This document shows, one piece after another, positions 7,973-16,724 of a stretch of DNA of 19,819 bases. This DNA is from Bdellovibrionales bacterium (GTDB taxonomy: Bacteria > Bdellovibrionota > Bdellovibrionia > Bdellovibrionales > JAMPXM01), in NCBI GenBank assembly GCA_043739185.1, contig JAYUEN010000099.1, forward strand, positions 1 through 19,819. Reading direction: 5' to 3'. Both the position numbers and the translations under genes were made by a program. The first letter of the stretch is position 1, and every line of letters starts with the position of its first letter. A model generated the notes under the pieces. It was not told the origin of the DNA. It did not search any database and saw only the letters and a program-made list of their open reading frames with translations.

Positions 7973-9295
7973 TTACGCCTTCACAATTTTATCAGAAGGC
8001 TTCAAATAAACACCCCGAGTATCAACAATCAGCTGGGCGTTTTGTTCAATCAGTTTATAATCAAATTTGTCGTGATTGGTGGCGAGCAAAACACAGTCAT
8101 AAGAGGCCAGCACTGCGCCAGTCAAAACGACACTCTCTAATTCAAAATGCGTCTTGCGAATTTTAGGAAATTTCAAAACATAGGGGTCAGAATAATGTAC
8201 AATTGCTTCACGCTCACGCAAAAGCTCCATGAGCTCAACTGCCGGCGACTCTCTCATATCATCGACATTTTTTTTATAGGCAATACCCAAAACCAAAATA
8301 CGCGAGCCCTTCACGGGTTTACTACGCACATTCAAAGCATCGCTAAGTTTTGCAATCACCCAATGAGGCATATTGGTATTCACTTCACCAGCCAATTCAA
8401 TAAAGCGGGTATTGAGGCCATACTCACGCGCCTTATAGGTCAAATAAAATGGATCAATCGGAATACAATGCCCACCCAATCCCGGACCCGGATAATAGGG
8501 TGTAAACCCAAATGGTTTAGTGCTCGCAGCACGTATGACTTCGTGAATATCAATTCCCATGCGATCTGCGACAATCTTCATCTCATTCACTAAACCAATA
8601 TTTACGGCTCGGTGAATATTCTCTAGGAGCTTCACCATCTCTGCAGTTTGAGTTGAACTCACGGGCACAACAAGATCAATGACGGCTCCATAAAGTGCCA
8701 CGCCAATTTCTAAGCATTGCGGAGTCACTCCACCACAAACTTTCGGAATAGTTCGAGTCGTAAATTTTTCATTTCCCGGATCTTCTCGCTCAGGGCTAAA
8801 AATCAAAAACACATCTTCGCCAACTACGAAGCCCTGCTTTTCAATTCGAGGCCTTAGCTCCTCTTCAGTTGTCCCCGGATAGGTTGTGCTTTCAAGTGAA
8901 ATGACTTGGCCCTTTCTTAAATGAGGGGCCAGAGAATCCATTGTGCCAGTGACATAACTCAAATCAGGTTCGCGGTATTTATTGAGTGGAGTCGGCACAC
9001 AAATAATTAAAACATCAGCTTCGCGCGCGCGCTTAAAATCACTAGTCGCTTCAAATTTGCTACGAGCCCCAGAAATACTTTCAGAACTTATGTGGGCAAT
9101 ATAGCTTTTGCTAGAGTTAAGGCTCTGTACTTTTTTCTCATCAATATCAAAACCCAATACTTTAAAGCCGACTTCAGCAAATCTTAAAAGCAAAGGGAGA
9201 CCAACATAACCGAGCCCTACGATTCCGATAACTGAATTATGAGATTTTAAATTCTCGAGTAATTGGGTGAAATATTTGGACTTCAGTGAACTCAA
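7973..9295 (-). CDS. wbpA: UDP-N-acetylglucosamine 6-dehydrogenase (WbpA/WecC family)
   Basis: [65 protein letters not shown] start. Confidence 0.92.
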   Translation of the reverse strand: MSSLKSKYFTQLLENLKSHNSVIGIVGLGYVGLPLLLRFAEVGFKVLGFDIDEKKVQSLNSSKSYIAHISSESISGARSKFEATSDFKRAREADVLIICVPTPLNKYREPDLSYVTGTMDSLAPHLRKGQVISLESTTYPGTTEEELRPRIEKQGFVVGEDVFLIFSPEREDPGNEKFTTRTIPKVCGGVTPQCLEIGVALYGAVIDLVVPVSSTQTAEMVKLLENIHRAVNIGLVNEMKIVADRMGIDIHEVIRAASTKPFGFTPYYPGPGLGGHCIPIDPFYLTYKAREYGLNTRFIELAGEVNTNMPHWVIAKLSDALNVRSKPVKGSRILVLGIAYKKNVDDMRESPAVELMELLREREAIVHYSDPYVLKFPKIRKTHFELESVVLTGAVLASYDCVLLATNHDKFDYKLIEQNAQLIVDTRGVYLKPSDKIVKA

Positions 9296-9498
9296 ATTTG
9301 GTGTTCCTACATAGACGAAATTACGACATATCTTAAGTCATTATTTCTATATAAAAAGCCTAAGACTTGCAAACCCATAAAACTCGCAACTGGCGCAATA
9401 CGTTAGCTGCTTTCTTACAACACCACAAAGTTGATTCATTGTACCAACGTGCGGCTGGGGGAGATCGAAGCTCAGCACCAAGCCTCCGCCAAAGCCCC

Positions 9499-9527
9499 TT
9501 GCATCTCACTAAAATTCGACATACTGT
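9499..9527 (+). promoter_or_regulatory. Putative sigma70 promoter for metH
   Basis: TTGCAT (9499-9504), 17 nt, TACTGT (9522-9527), followed by the palindrome TGAAATTTCA (9527-9536). Confidence 0.4.
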
Positions 9528-9540
9528 GAAATTTCATTCA

Positions 9541-12500
9541 ATGAACAGAAAAGAACGTACCGAACTTCTCTTAAAGCTTTCAGATCAACGCATCCTCGTG
9601 CTCGATGGTGCTACAGGCACAGCTCTACAAAATATGAATCTGACAGCCAAAGATTTCGGCGGCGAGGCTCTCGAGGGCTGCAACGAGAACCTTGTACTAT
9701 CTAAGCCTGAGGCCGTAAGCAAAGTTCACGAAATGTACCTCGAGGTCGGCTGTGATATCATCGAAACAAATACTTTTGGTGGAACGCCAATCGTCCTTGC
9801 TGAGTATGATCTCAGCCACAAAACCTACGAAATAAATTTCAAAGCAACCCAACTCGCCCGCGCAGCTGCGGCGAAATTCAGCACTCCTGACAAACCCAGA
9901 TTCGTAGCTGCCTCGGTTGGGCCGACCACCAAAGCCATCTCAGTTACCGGCGGAATCACTTTTGATGAACTCATCGAAAACTTTTATCAGCAATGTCTCG
10001 CCCTTTTTGATGGTGGAGCCGACTATTTCTTAATCGAGACCTGCCAAGACTCTCGTAATATCAAAGCCGCACTTATAGGTATTGATAAAGTCTTTGAAGA
10101 AAAAGGCGAAAAAATTCCAGTTGCGATTTCAGGCACGATTGAAAATATGGGCACCATGCTCGCAGGCCAAAGCATCGACGCTCTTATGGCAAGCTTTTCG
10201 AATCGCGATTTACTATATATGGGGATCAACTGCGCGACCGGTCCCGAATTTATGACCGATCATATTCGCTCTCTAGCTCAGCTTGCTCCTTGCCGAATTG
10301 CTTGTGTGCCGAATGCAGGACTTCCCGATGAAGACGGCAAATACCGCGAAAATCCGCAGATGATGAGTAAAGTCTTAGGGCATTTTATTGAACAAGGCTG
10401 GATCAACTTCATTGGCGGTTGCTGTGGCACTGTACCTGAGCATATCAAAGCTTTTTCAGAACTCGCTCGTGGAAAAGTTCCTAGAACTTTCTCTAAAGCT
10501 AGACGTTCAAATCTCTCAGGAATTGATTATCTTGAAATCACCGATGAGTTAAGGCCCGTCATTGTTGGCGAACGCACCAATGTCATTGGCTCAAGAAAAT
10601 TCAAAGAACTTATTACCTCTGATAAATTTGAAGAGGCTTCTGAAATCGCTAAGCTTCAGGTCAAATCCGGAGCGCAAATCATCGATATTTGCCTCGCAAA
10701 TCCTGACCGCGATGAAATGGCAGACGTCCTCAAATTCTATGAATTTGTAATTAAAAAAATCAAAGCACCGATCATGATTGATTCAACTGATGATGATGTT
10801 ATTGCCAAAGCTCTCACCTATTGCCAAGGCAAAGCCATCATCAATTCAATTAATCTTGAAGATGGAGAAGAGCGCTTTGAGCGAGTCATTCCTCTAGCTA
10901 AAAAATTCGGTGCAGCTGTGGTGATCGGCACAATCGATGAAGACCCTTTACAAGGGATGGCCATTACCAGACTAAGAAAACTTGAAGTCGCCACTAGAAT
11001 TGTAGAATTACTTAAGAACAAATATGATTTTCCTCTCGAAGATGTTTACTTTGATCCTCTGGTATTCCCATGCGCCAGTGGCGATGAACAATATACTGGT
11101 TCAGCTGTTGAGACGATCGAGGGCATAAGATTAATCAAACAGAAATATCCACAGGTCAAAACCATACTCGGAATTTCAAACGTAAGCTTTGGCCTACCAA
11201 GTGCCGGGCGCGAAGTCCTAAACTCAGTTTTTCTTTACCACTGCGTTCAAGCCGGCCTTGATCTCGCAATTGTTAATTCTGAAAAGCTTGAGCGCTATGC
11301 CACTCTGCCACCTCATGAAATTGAACTGGCTACTAATTTGCTCTTCAATAAAGGTGATGACCCCATCGCCAATTTTGCAGCACAATTTCGTGAGCGAAAA
11401 GCCAAGGCTAAAAAAGACAAGAACCTCATTCCTCTCAATGAACGCCTGGCCTCTTATATTGTTGAAGGCACCAAAGAAGGCTTGGTCGAAGATCTCGAAG
11501 AGGCCCGAAAAACCACAAAGCCCCTCGATATAATCAATGGCCCCCTTATGAAGGGCATGGATGAAGTTGGTAAACTTTTCAACGATAATAAACTCATCGT
11601 TGCCGAAGTCTTGCAATCTGCTGAAGTGATGAAGGCCTCGGTCAATCACTTACAAAAATATATGGAGAAAACCGATATCTCGATTCGAGGTAAGATAGTG
11701 CTCGCAACTGTTAAGGGCGATGTGCACGATATCGGTAAAAATCTCGTTGATATTATTTTATCAAATAATGGTTTTCACGTAGTAAATCTCGGAATTAAAA
11801 TTCCGCCTGAGCAACTCATTCAAGCCATTCGCGCTGAAAAGCCAGATATGATAGGCCTTTCAGGGCTTCTAGTTAAATCAGCTCAGCAAATGGTCACAAC
11901 CGCTGAAGACTTAAAGCGCGCCGGCATTTCAATCCCGATGTTAGTTGGCGGAGCCGCCCTATCAAGAAATTTCACTGAAAAAAGAATTCTCAAAGCCTAT
12001 GATGGAGCCGTCATTTACGCATCCGATGCCATGAACGGTCTCGATCTTGCGGGAAAAGTAATGGACAAAGAAGGCTTTAAAGAAATTAATTTACAACTCG
12101 ACAAAATCAGAAAACAAACTGAAGGTCTCGGTCCTGAAAATACTCAAGCGGTAAGCTCAGCTCCACTACGAAATCCGAAACTTCGCTCTGAGAAAATTAA
12201 ACAATTAGGCCCTTCAGAAATTCCTCAGCCGCCAGATTACTTAAGACATATCGATCGTCAGACTCCAGTCGAACATATCTGGAAATATATAAATCCTCTC
12301 ATGCTCTATACCCGCCACCTAGGTATCAAAGCCCGTATTGCTAAACAGTTTGAAAAAGCCAGCAAAGAACTGGCCGTTCGCCAAATCATAAAAGAGGAAG
12401 ATCCGAGATCTCTTGAAATTTGGGAAGCCGTCGAAGAAGTAAAAGAAATTTATAAACATACTCCGCAAATGCAGCCACAGGCGGTTTACAGGTTTTTTCG

Positions 12501-13047
12501 AGCGACCAGTGAAGGAAATGACCTTTGCATTTACTCTGGCGACCAAAAAGCGTCGCCGATGCGCTTTAATTTTGAACGCCAAATTAAGCCAGATTTTATG
12601 TGTCTAAGCGATTACGTTTCGCCAAATTTTGAAGATCATGACAATGTTGGTTTTTTTGTGACCTCAATCGGACGTGGAGTTCGCGAAGAGGCATCAAGAC
12701 TCAAAGACAAGGGTGAATTTTTAAGATCACATATTTTGCAAGCCCTTGCGATCGAATCAGCGGAAGCTTTCGCTGAATACCTGCACTCGTTTATCCGCAC
12801 CAGCTGGGCATTTCCAGACTCTCCGACGCTCACTATGATGGACCGCTTTCAGGCTAAATATCGCGGCAAAAGATTTTCTTTTGGCTATCCAGCCTGCCCA
12901 AGACTTGAAGATCAAACCGGACTTTTTGAACTCCTAAATCCACCGGATATTGGCGTGCAACTCACTGAAGGCTATATGATGGATCCCGAAGCCAGCGTTT
13001 CAGCAATCGTCTTTCATCATCCCGACGCCAAGTATTTTGGAGTCTAA
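9541..13047 (+). CDS. metH: Cobalamin-dependent methionine synthase
   Basis: VLDGATGT, the Zn ligands INCATG and GGCCG, pterin domain VGERTN, B12 motif KGDVHDIGKN, activation domain RFSFGYPACP and PEASVSA. The ATG at 9541 (MNRKER) is preferred over the TTG at 9367. Confidence 0.97.
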   Translation: MNRKERTELLLKLSDQRILVLDGATGTALQNMNLTAKDFGGEALEGCNENLVLSKPEAVSKVHEMYLEVGCDIIETNTFGGTPIVLAEYDLSHKTYEINFKATQLARAAAAKFSTPDKPRFVAASVGPTTKAISVTGGITFDELIENFYQQCLALFDGGADYFLIETCQDSRNIKAALIGIDKVFEEKGEKIPVAISGTIENMGTMLAGQSIDALMASFSNRDLLYMGINCATGPEFMTDHIRSLAQLAPCRIACVPNAGLPDEDGKYRENPQMMSKVLGHFIEQGWINFIGGCCGTVPEHIKAFSELARGKVPRTFSKARRSNLSGIDYLEITDELRPVIVGERTNVIGSRKFKELITSDKFEEASEIAKLQVKSGAQIIDICLANPDRDEMADVLKFYEFVIKKIKAPIMIDSTDDDVIAKALTYCQGKAIINSINLEDGEERFERVIPLAKKFGAAVVIGTIDEDPLQGMAITRLRKLEVATRIVELLKNKYDFPLEDVYFDPLVFPCASGDEQYTGSAVETIEGIRLIKQKYPQVKTILGISNVSFGLPSAGREVLNSVFLYHCVQAGLDLAIVNSEKLERYATLPPHEIELATNLLFNKGDDPIANFAAQFRERKAKAKKDKNLIPLNERLASYIVEGTKEGLVEDLEEARKTTKPLDIINGPLMKGMDEVGKLFNDNKLIVAEVLQSAEVMKASVNHLQKYMEKTDISIRGKIVLATVKGDVHDIGKNLVDIILSNNGFHVVNLGIKIPPEQLIQAIRAEKPDMIGLSGLLVKSAQQMVTTAEDLKRAGISIPMLVGGAALSRNFTEKRILKAYDGAVIYASDAMNGLDLAGKVMDKEGFKEINLQLDKIRKQTEGLGPENTQAVSSAPLRNPKLRSEKIKQLGPSEIPQPPDYLRHIDRQTPVEHIWKYINPLMLYTRHLGIKARIAKQFEKASKELAVRQIIKEEDPRSLEIWEAVEEVKEIYKHTPQMQPQAVYRFFRATSEGNDLCIYSGDQKASPMRFNFERQIKPDFMCLSDYVSPNFEDHDNVGFFVTSIGRGVREEASRLKDKGEFLRSHILQALAIESAEAFAEYLHSFIRTSWAFPDSPTLTMMDRFQAKYRGKRFSFGYPACPRLEDQTGLFELLNPPDIGVQLTEGYMMDPEASVSAIVFHHPDAKYFGV

Positions 13048-13049
13048 TC

Positions 13050-13991
13050 GTGGAGACCGAATTGCTCGCTTACGAACCAGATAAAAAAATCACCGAAATT
13101 TTAAAGCTCAATGCTTTTACGGTTTCAGCCGAAGTGATTCCGCCGAGAAATGGTTCAAGTCCTGTTGAGATTATTAAGCAAATCAATCAACTTACTGCTG
13201 GTGGCGCACAATTTCTTGCCGTAACCAAAGGCGCCGGCGGAAGCCTTCGCGGCGGCAGCCTCCCGATCGCACAAATCATCAAAGAAAAATTCAATCGTCC
13301 CTGTATTGCGCATTTTACTTGTCGAGACCTAACACCTGAAGAAGTCGAAAACCAATTGATGGATCACCATTATCTCGGCATCCGAAATATTTTAGGCTTA
13401 AGAGGCGATCCTCCTGTGGGCGAAAGCAATTTTACACCGAGACCCGGTTCATACCCTTACGCTTACCAACTCATCGAACAAATTGCGCGCCTCAATCAAG
13501 GTGAATATTTAGAGCGCACAGGATATAAAGTCGAAAAGCGTGAAGCCACCGATTTTTGTATTGGAGCCGCGGTTTATCCTGATGCCACCGACAAATCTGA
13601 GCGCATTGAGTTTTTCAAACAAAAGGTTTTCGCTGGCGCAGAATTCGCCATCACCCAAATGCTTTGTGATGCTGATTCTTACTCTGAGTTTTTAGATCGC
13701 TCAGCCCGCGCGGGCCTTGATACACCGGTTTTGCCAGGCGCCCGGATCTTAAATTCAAAAGCCCAAGCTCAGCGAATGGCCCAGAGATTTGGATTTTCCC
13801 TTCCAAAAAAGCTCTTAAATTCGCTGCCAGATGACCCAAAAGGCAATGAGCAGCAAATTATTGATTGTTTTTTGAATCTTATCGCAGATCTCAAAAAGGC
13901 TGGCGCTCCCGGCATTCACCTCTTTGTCCTCTCCGACATTGAGCTTTCTTGCCAGGCTCTAAAACAGCTTAAAATCCCTGCTAAAACGTAG
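13050..13991 (+). CDS. metF: 5,10-methylenetetrahydrofolate reductase
   Basis: SAEVIPPR, AVTKGAGGS, HFTCRD, LRGDPP, GAEFAITQ, PGIHLF. It begins 2 nt after the metH stop. Confidence 0.92.
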   Translation: METELLAYEPDKKITEILKLNAFTVSAEVIPPRNGSSPVEIIKQINQLTAGGAQFLAVTKGAGGSLRGGSLPIAQIIKEKFNRPCIAHFTCRDLTPEEVENQLMDHHYLGIRNILGLRGDPPVGESNFTPRPGSYPYAYQLIEQIARLNQGEYLERTGYKVEKREATDFCIGAAVYPDATDKSERIEFFKQKVFAGAEFAITQMLCDADSYSEFLDRSARAGLDTPVLPGARILNSKAQAQRMAQRFGFSLPKKLLNSLPDDPKGNEQQIIDCFLNLIADLKKAGAPGIHLFVLSDIELSCQALKQLKIPAKT

Positions 13992-14035
13992 CTAAAAAGC
14001 CACAGCAAATTCGAAAAACTGCGATCAATCTGCAA

Positions 14036-14212
14036 AGACATCTTGCATATTAAATCGTGGCTAAAGCCTTGTAATCCGCTCCAGCTCTTCGTCTTCAGGT
14101 AAAAATAAGACTCAAAATACATTTTATGTATTCTTCGCCTTTTTTTTACCTTCACTCCTTGATCTGGAGCGGATTCCTTCATTTTATCTCACGATTAATA
14201 TGCAAGAGGTCT
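14036..14212. mobile_element. ~177-bp nested palindromic element (MITE/RPE-like)
   Basis: Terminal IR 14036-14059 / 14190-14212. Internal perfect arms at 14073-14084/14164-14175, 14097-14105/14143-14151 and 14116-14122/14126-14132. Confidence 0.75.
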
Positions 14213-14213
14213 A

Positions 14214-14242
14214 TTGAATTTTCGAAAAGCCTCGCCTATAGT
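14214..14242 (+). promoter_or_regulatory. sigma70 promoter for the dehydratase gene
   Basis: TTGAAT (14214-14219), 17 nt, TATAGT (14237-14242). RBS AAAGGA at 14253-14258 precedes the TTG at 14265. Confidence 0.6.
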
Positions 14243-14264
14243 TTTGAGATTCAAAGGATGAATC

Positions 14265-16166
14265 TTGAAAAGAATTGTGAGTAAATTTCATCTCGATAAG
14301 CGCGTCTCCTTTCTGCATTTGATCGCCGACATTGGCGTTATTTTGATTTCAGCTTTTGCAAGCTTGTATCTCAGACTCAGAAGCGATGAATACTACGATC
14401 ATTTGCACGCACTTCTCATGTATCTCCCGGTGATTTTACTAATCAGACTTCTGGGCCTATATTTTCTAAATTGTTATTCGGTGATTTGGCGCTATATTTC
14501 AGCCAACGACGCCTTTCAAATTATTAAAGCCTGTGTGGTTTCCTCAGCACTCATCGTTCTCTTTACCTTTTTCATCCCCGATCATTTCGCAAGATTGCCT
14601 CGTACCTTTTATATCATTGATGGAATTTTAGTAACTCTGGGCCTAACTGGCATCAGACTATTGCGTCGTTTGCAAATCGAACATCGAAATGCAAGCCCCA
14701 CGGTTCAAGGAAAGCGCACTCTTATTTTTGGCGCGGGTCAAAACGGCCGCTTAATCGCACATCGTTTCAAGATGGATCCCGCACTCAATACTCATGTCGT
14801 GGGCTTTATCGATGATGACCGCGAAAAGCGCAGTATGAATATTCAAGGTATTCCGGTATTGGGTACGCGCGAAGATCTCGCCAGACTCATTCAATCTCAA
14901 CAAATTTCTGAACTTGTCGTAGCTCTTGGCCAACTCCCAAGCGGCTTACTTCGTGATATCGTACAAATCACCAGACAATTTAATATTCGCCCACGCTTGG
15001 TTTCAAGTTTATCGCAAAATAAAAATATGGAGTTCTACCGAGATGTCGACCTCTCTGATCTTCTCGGCCGCTCTCGCTGCCAAATGGATCTCACCAGCGT
15101 TAAAGCCATGATCAAAGGCAAAAAAATTCTCGTAACCGGTGCTGGTGGTTCAATCGGAAGCGAACTTGCCAGGCAAATTATGTCCCATGAACCCGCCAGA
15201 CTTCTACTTCTTGATCACGCAGAGTTTAGCCTTTATGAAATCGACAATGAACTAAGACTCACTAACAATGAATCTGAGAAGGTCGTTCCCTTACTTATTG
15301 ATATCAAAGATCAAAAAACTCTAAGACTTGCACTTAAGGAATATGCTCCTGAAGTTGTCTTTCACGCTGCCGCCTATAAACATGTGCATTTGGTAGAGGC
15401 CAATCCATATTCGTCGATAATTAATAATGTACAAGCGACTCGAATACTTTTAGAGATTTGCAAAGAGATCAATGTTAGCAACTTTGTTTTGATTTCAAGC
15501 GATAAAGCCGTCAATCCCGCAGGCATCATGGGCGCCACCAAACGCGTCTGCGAATTACTAGTTGCGATGAGTGCTTTTGAAACCAAAAAAATGTATTGCT
15601 CAGTCAGATTCGGCAATGTCCTCGGCAGCAGCGGGAGCCTCATTCCGCTGCTTAAAAATCAAATTATGGAGGGTGGCCCGATCACCATCACGCACCCAGA
15701 AATCACCCGCTTTTTCATGCTAATCCCAGAGGCGGTATCATTAGTGCTAAAAGCCGCGACCATTTCAAATCCAGGCGATATCAGTATTTTAAAAATGGGT
15801 GAGCCAGTAAAAATTCTTGAAATCGCGCGCAGCCTTATTGCTTTAATGGGTAAATCTGACGATGAGATTCCTATTATTTATACTGGTCTCAGGCCCGGTG
15901 AAAAAATGTTTGAAGAGCTTTATATTCGCGGCGACGAGCTAAAAACCGAACACTCTGAAATTCTCACTCTTCCGCATGGTGATTCGAACTTAGTTAATAA
16001 TTACGACTCAATTAAAAAATTAAAAGATCGCATTAATAATATGTGCGAAGAAGCTTTTGCCGGAAGCAAACAAGCCATCTTTGATTTAAATGAAATTGTG
16101 AGATCACATTCATTGCCTTCTACGATAAAAACCGAAGTAACAACTACTAGACGTACTGAACATTAA
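14265..16166 (+). CDS. Membrane-anchored UDP-GlcNAc 4,6-dehydratase (PglF/WbpM/CapD family)
   Basis: N-terminal TM region. GAGQNG, GFIDDD, VTGAGGSIGSE, FHAAAYKHV, SSDKAVNP, MGATK, VRFGNVLGSSGS, GLRPGEK. Confidence 0.95.
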   Translation: MKRIVSKFHLDKRVSFLHLIADIGVILISAFASLYLRLRSDEYYDHLHALLMYLPVILLIRLLGLYFLNCYSVIWRYISANDAFQIIKACVVSSALIVLFTFFIPDHFARLPRTFYIIDGILVTLGLTGIRLLRRLQIEHRNASPTVQGKRTLIFGAGQNGRLIAHRFKMDPALNTHVVGFIDDDREKRSMNIQGIPVLGTREDLARLIQSQQISELVVALGQLPSGLLRDIVQITRQFNIRPRLVSSLSQNKNMEFYRDVDLSDLLGRSRCQMDLTSVKAMIKGKKILVTGAGGSIGSELARQIMSHEPARLLLLDHAEFSLYEIDNELRLTNNESEKVVPLLIDIKDQKTLRLALKEYAPEVVFHAAAYKHVHLVEANPYSSIINNVQATRILLEICKEINVSNFVLISSDKAVNPAGIMGATKRVCELLVAMSAFETKKMYCSVRFGNVLGSSGSLIPLLKNQIMEGGPITITHPEITRFFMLIPEAVSLVLKAATISNPGDISILKMGEPVKILEIARSLIALMGKSDDEIPIIYTGLRPGEKMFEELYIRGDELKTEHSEILTLPHGDSNLVNNYDSIKKLKDRINNMCEEAFAGSKQAIFDLNEIVRSHSLPSTIKTEVTTTRRTEH

Positions 16167-16183
16167 TTAATAAGAGGTAAAAA

Positions 16184-16708
16184 ATGACCTTACTCCTTAA
16201 ACAGTTCTTTGGCTTTCTAAAGCTCTTAAATTCAGAAACCGGAAGCAACCAAATCGCAAGCGGAATCGCGCTCGGATTCATCTTAGGCTTCTCCCCGATT
16301 CTCTCCCTTCAAGGTTTGGCAGTGATTCTCATCATGCTATTCTTCAGAGTCCAAATTGGAGCAGCCTTCATCTCAGCTTTCTTCTTTGCTTTTGTAGCTT
16401 ACCTACTTGATCCAGTTTGCAATTCACTTGGCCAAAGCGTTTTAGAAATCGAAGCTTTGAAACCACTTTTCACCGAGCTCTATAATATGCCTTTAGTTCC
16501 GCTGACCAAATTTTATAATAGTCTCGTGATGGGCTCAGGAATTCTCGGCTTCTTGCTCTCGCCCCTGATTTTCTTAATCGCCAAAATTGGTGTTCACAAA
16601 TACCGCCAAACTATCTTAGCAAAATTTCAAGACACCAAATTCTGGAAGCTCGTCAAGGCAACCTCGCTCTACCAATGGTACGCAAAATATGACGCAATCG
16701 CCGGCTAA
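16184..16708 (+). CDS. TIGR03546-family membrane protein
   Basis: LNSETGSNQIASGIALGFILG and LYNMPLVPLTKFYNSLVMGS. It is paired with the downstream TIGR03545-like gene. RBS GAGG. Confidence 0.85.
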   Translation: MTLLLKQFFGFLKLLNSETGSNQIASGIALGFILGFSPILSLQGLAVILIMLFFRVQIGAAFISAFFFAFVAYLLDPVCNSLGQSVLEIEALKPLFTELYNMPLVPLTKFYNSLVMGSGILGFLLSPLIFLIAKIGVHKYRQTILAKFQDTKFWKLVKATSLYQWYAKYDAIAG

Positions 16709-16724
16709 CTCAGAGGAAAAAAAT

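Noticed and set aside
9367..9540. 58-aa N-terminal extension of MetH
   Set aside because: No MetH-like sequence. It overlaps the divergent promoter region, and the ATG at 9541 gives a normal N-terminus.
13916..14182. 88-aa minus-strand ORF
   Set aside because: It overlaps metF antisense and the palindromic element and has no recognisable motif.
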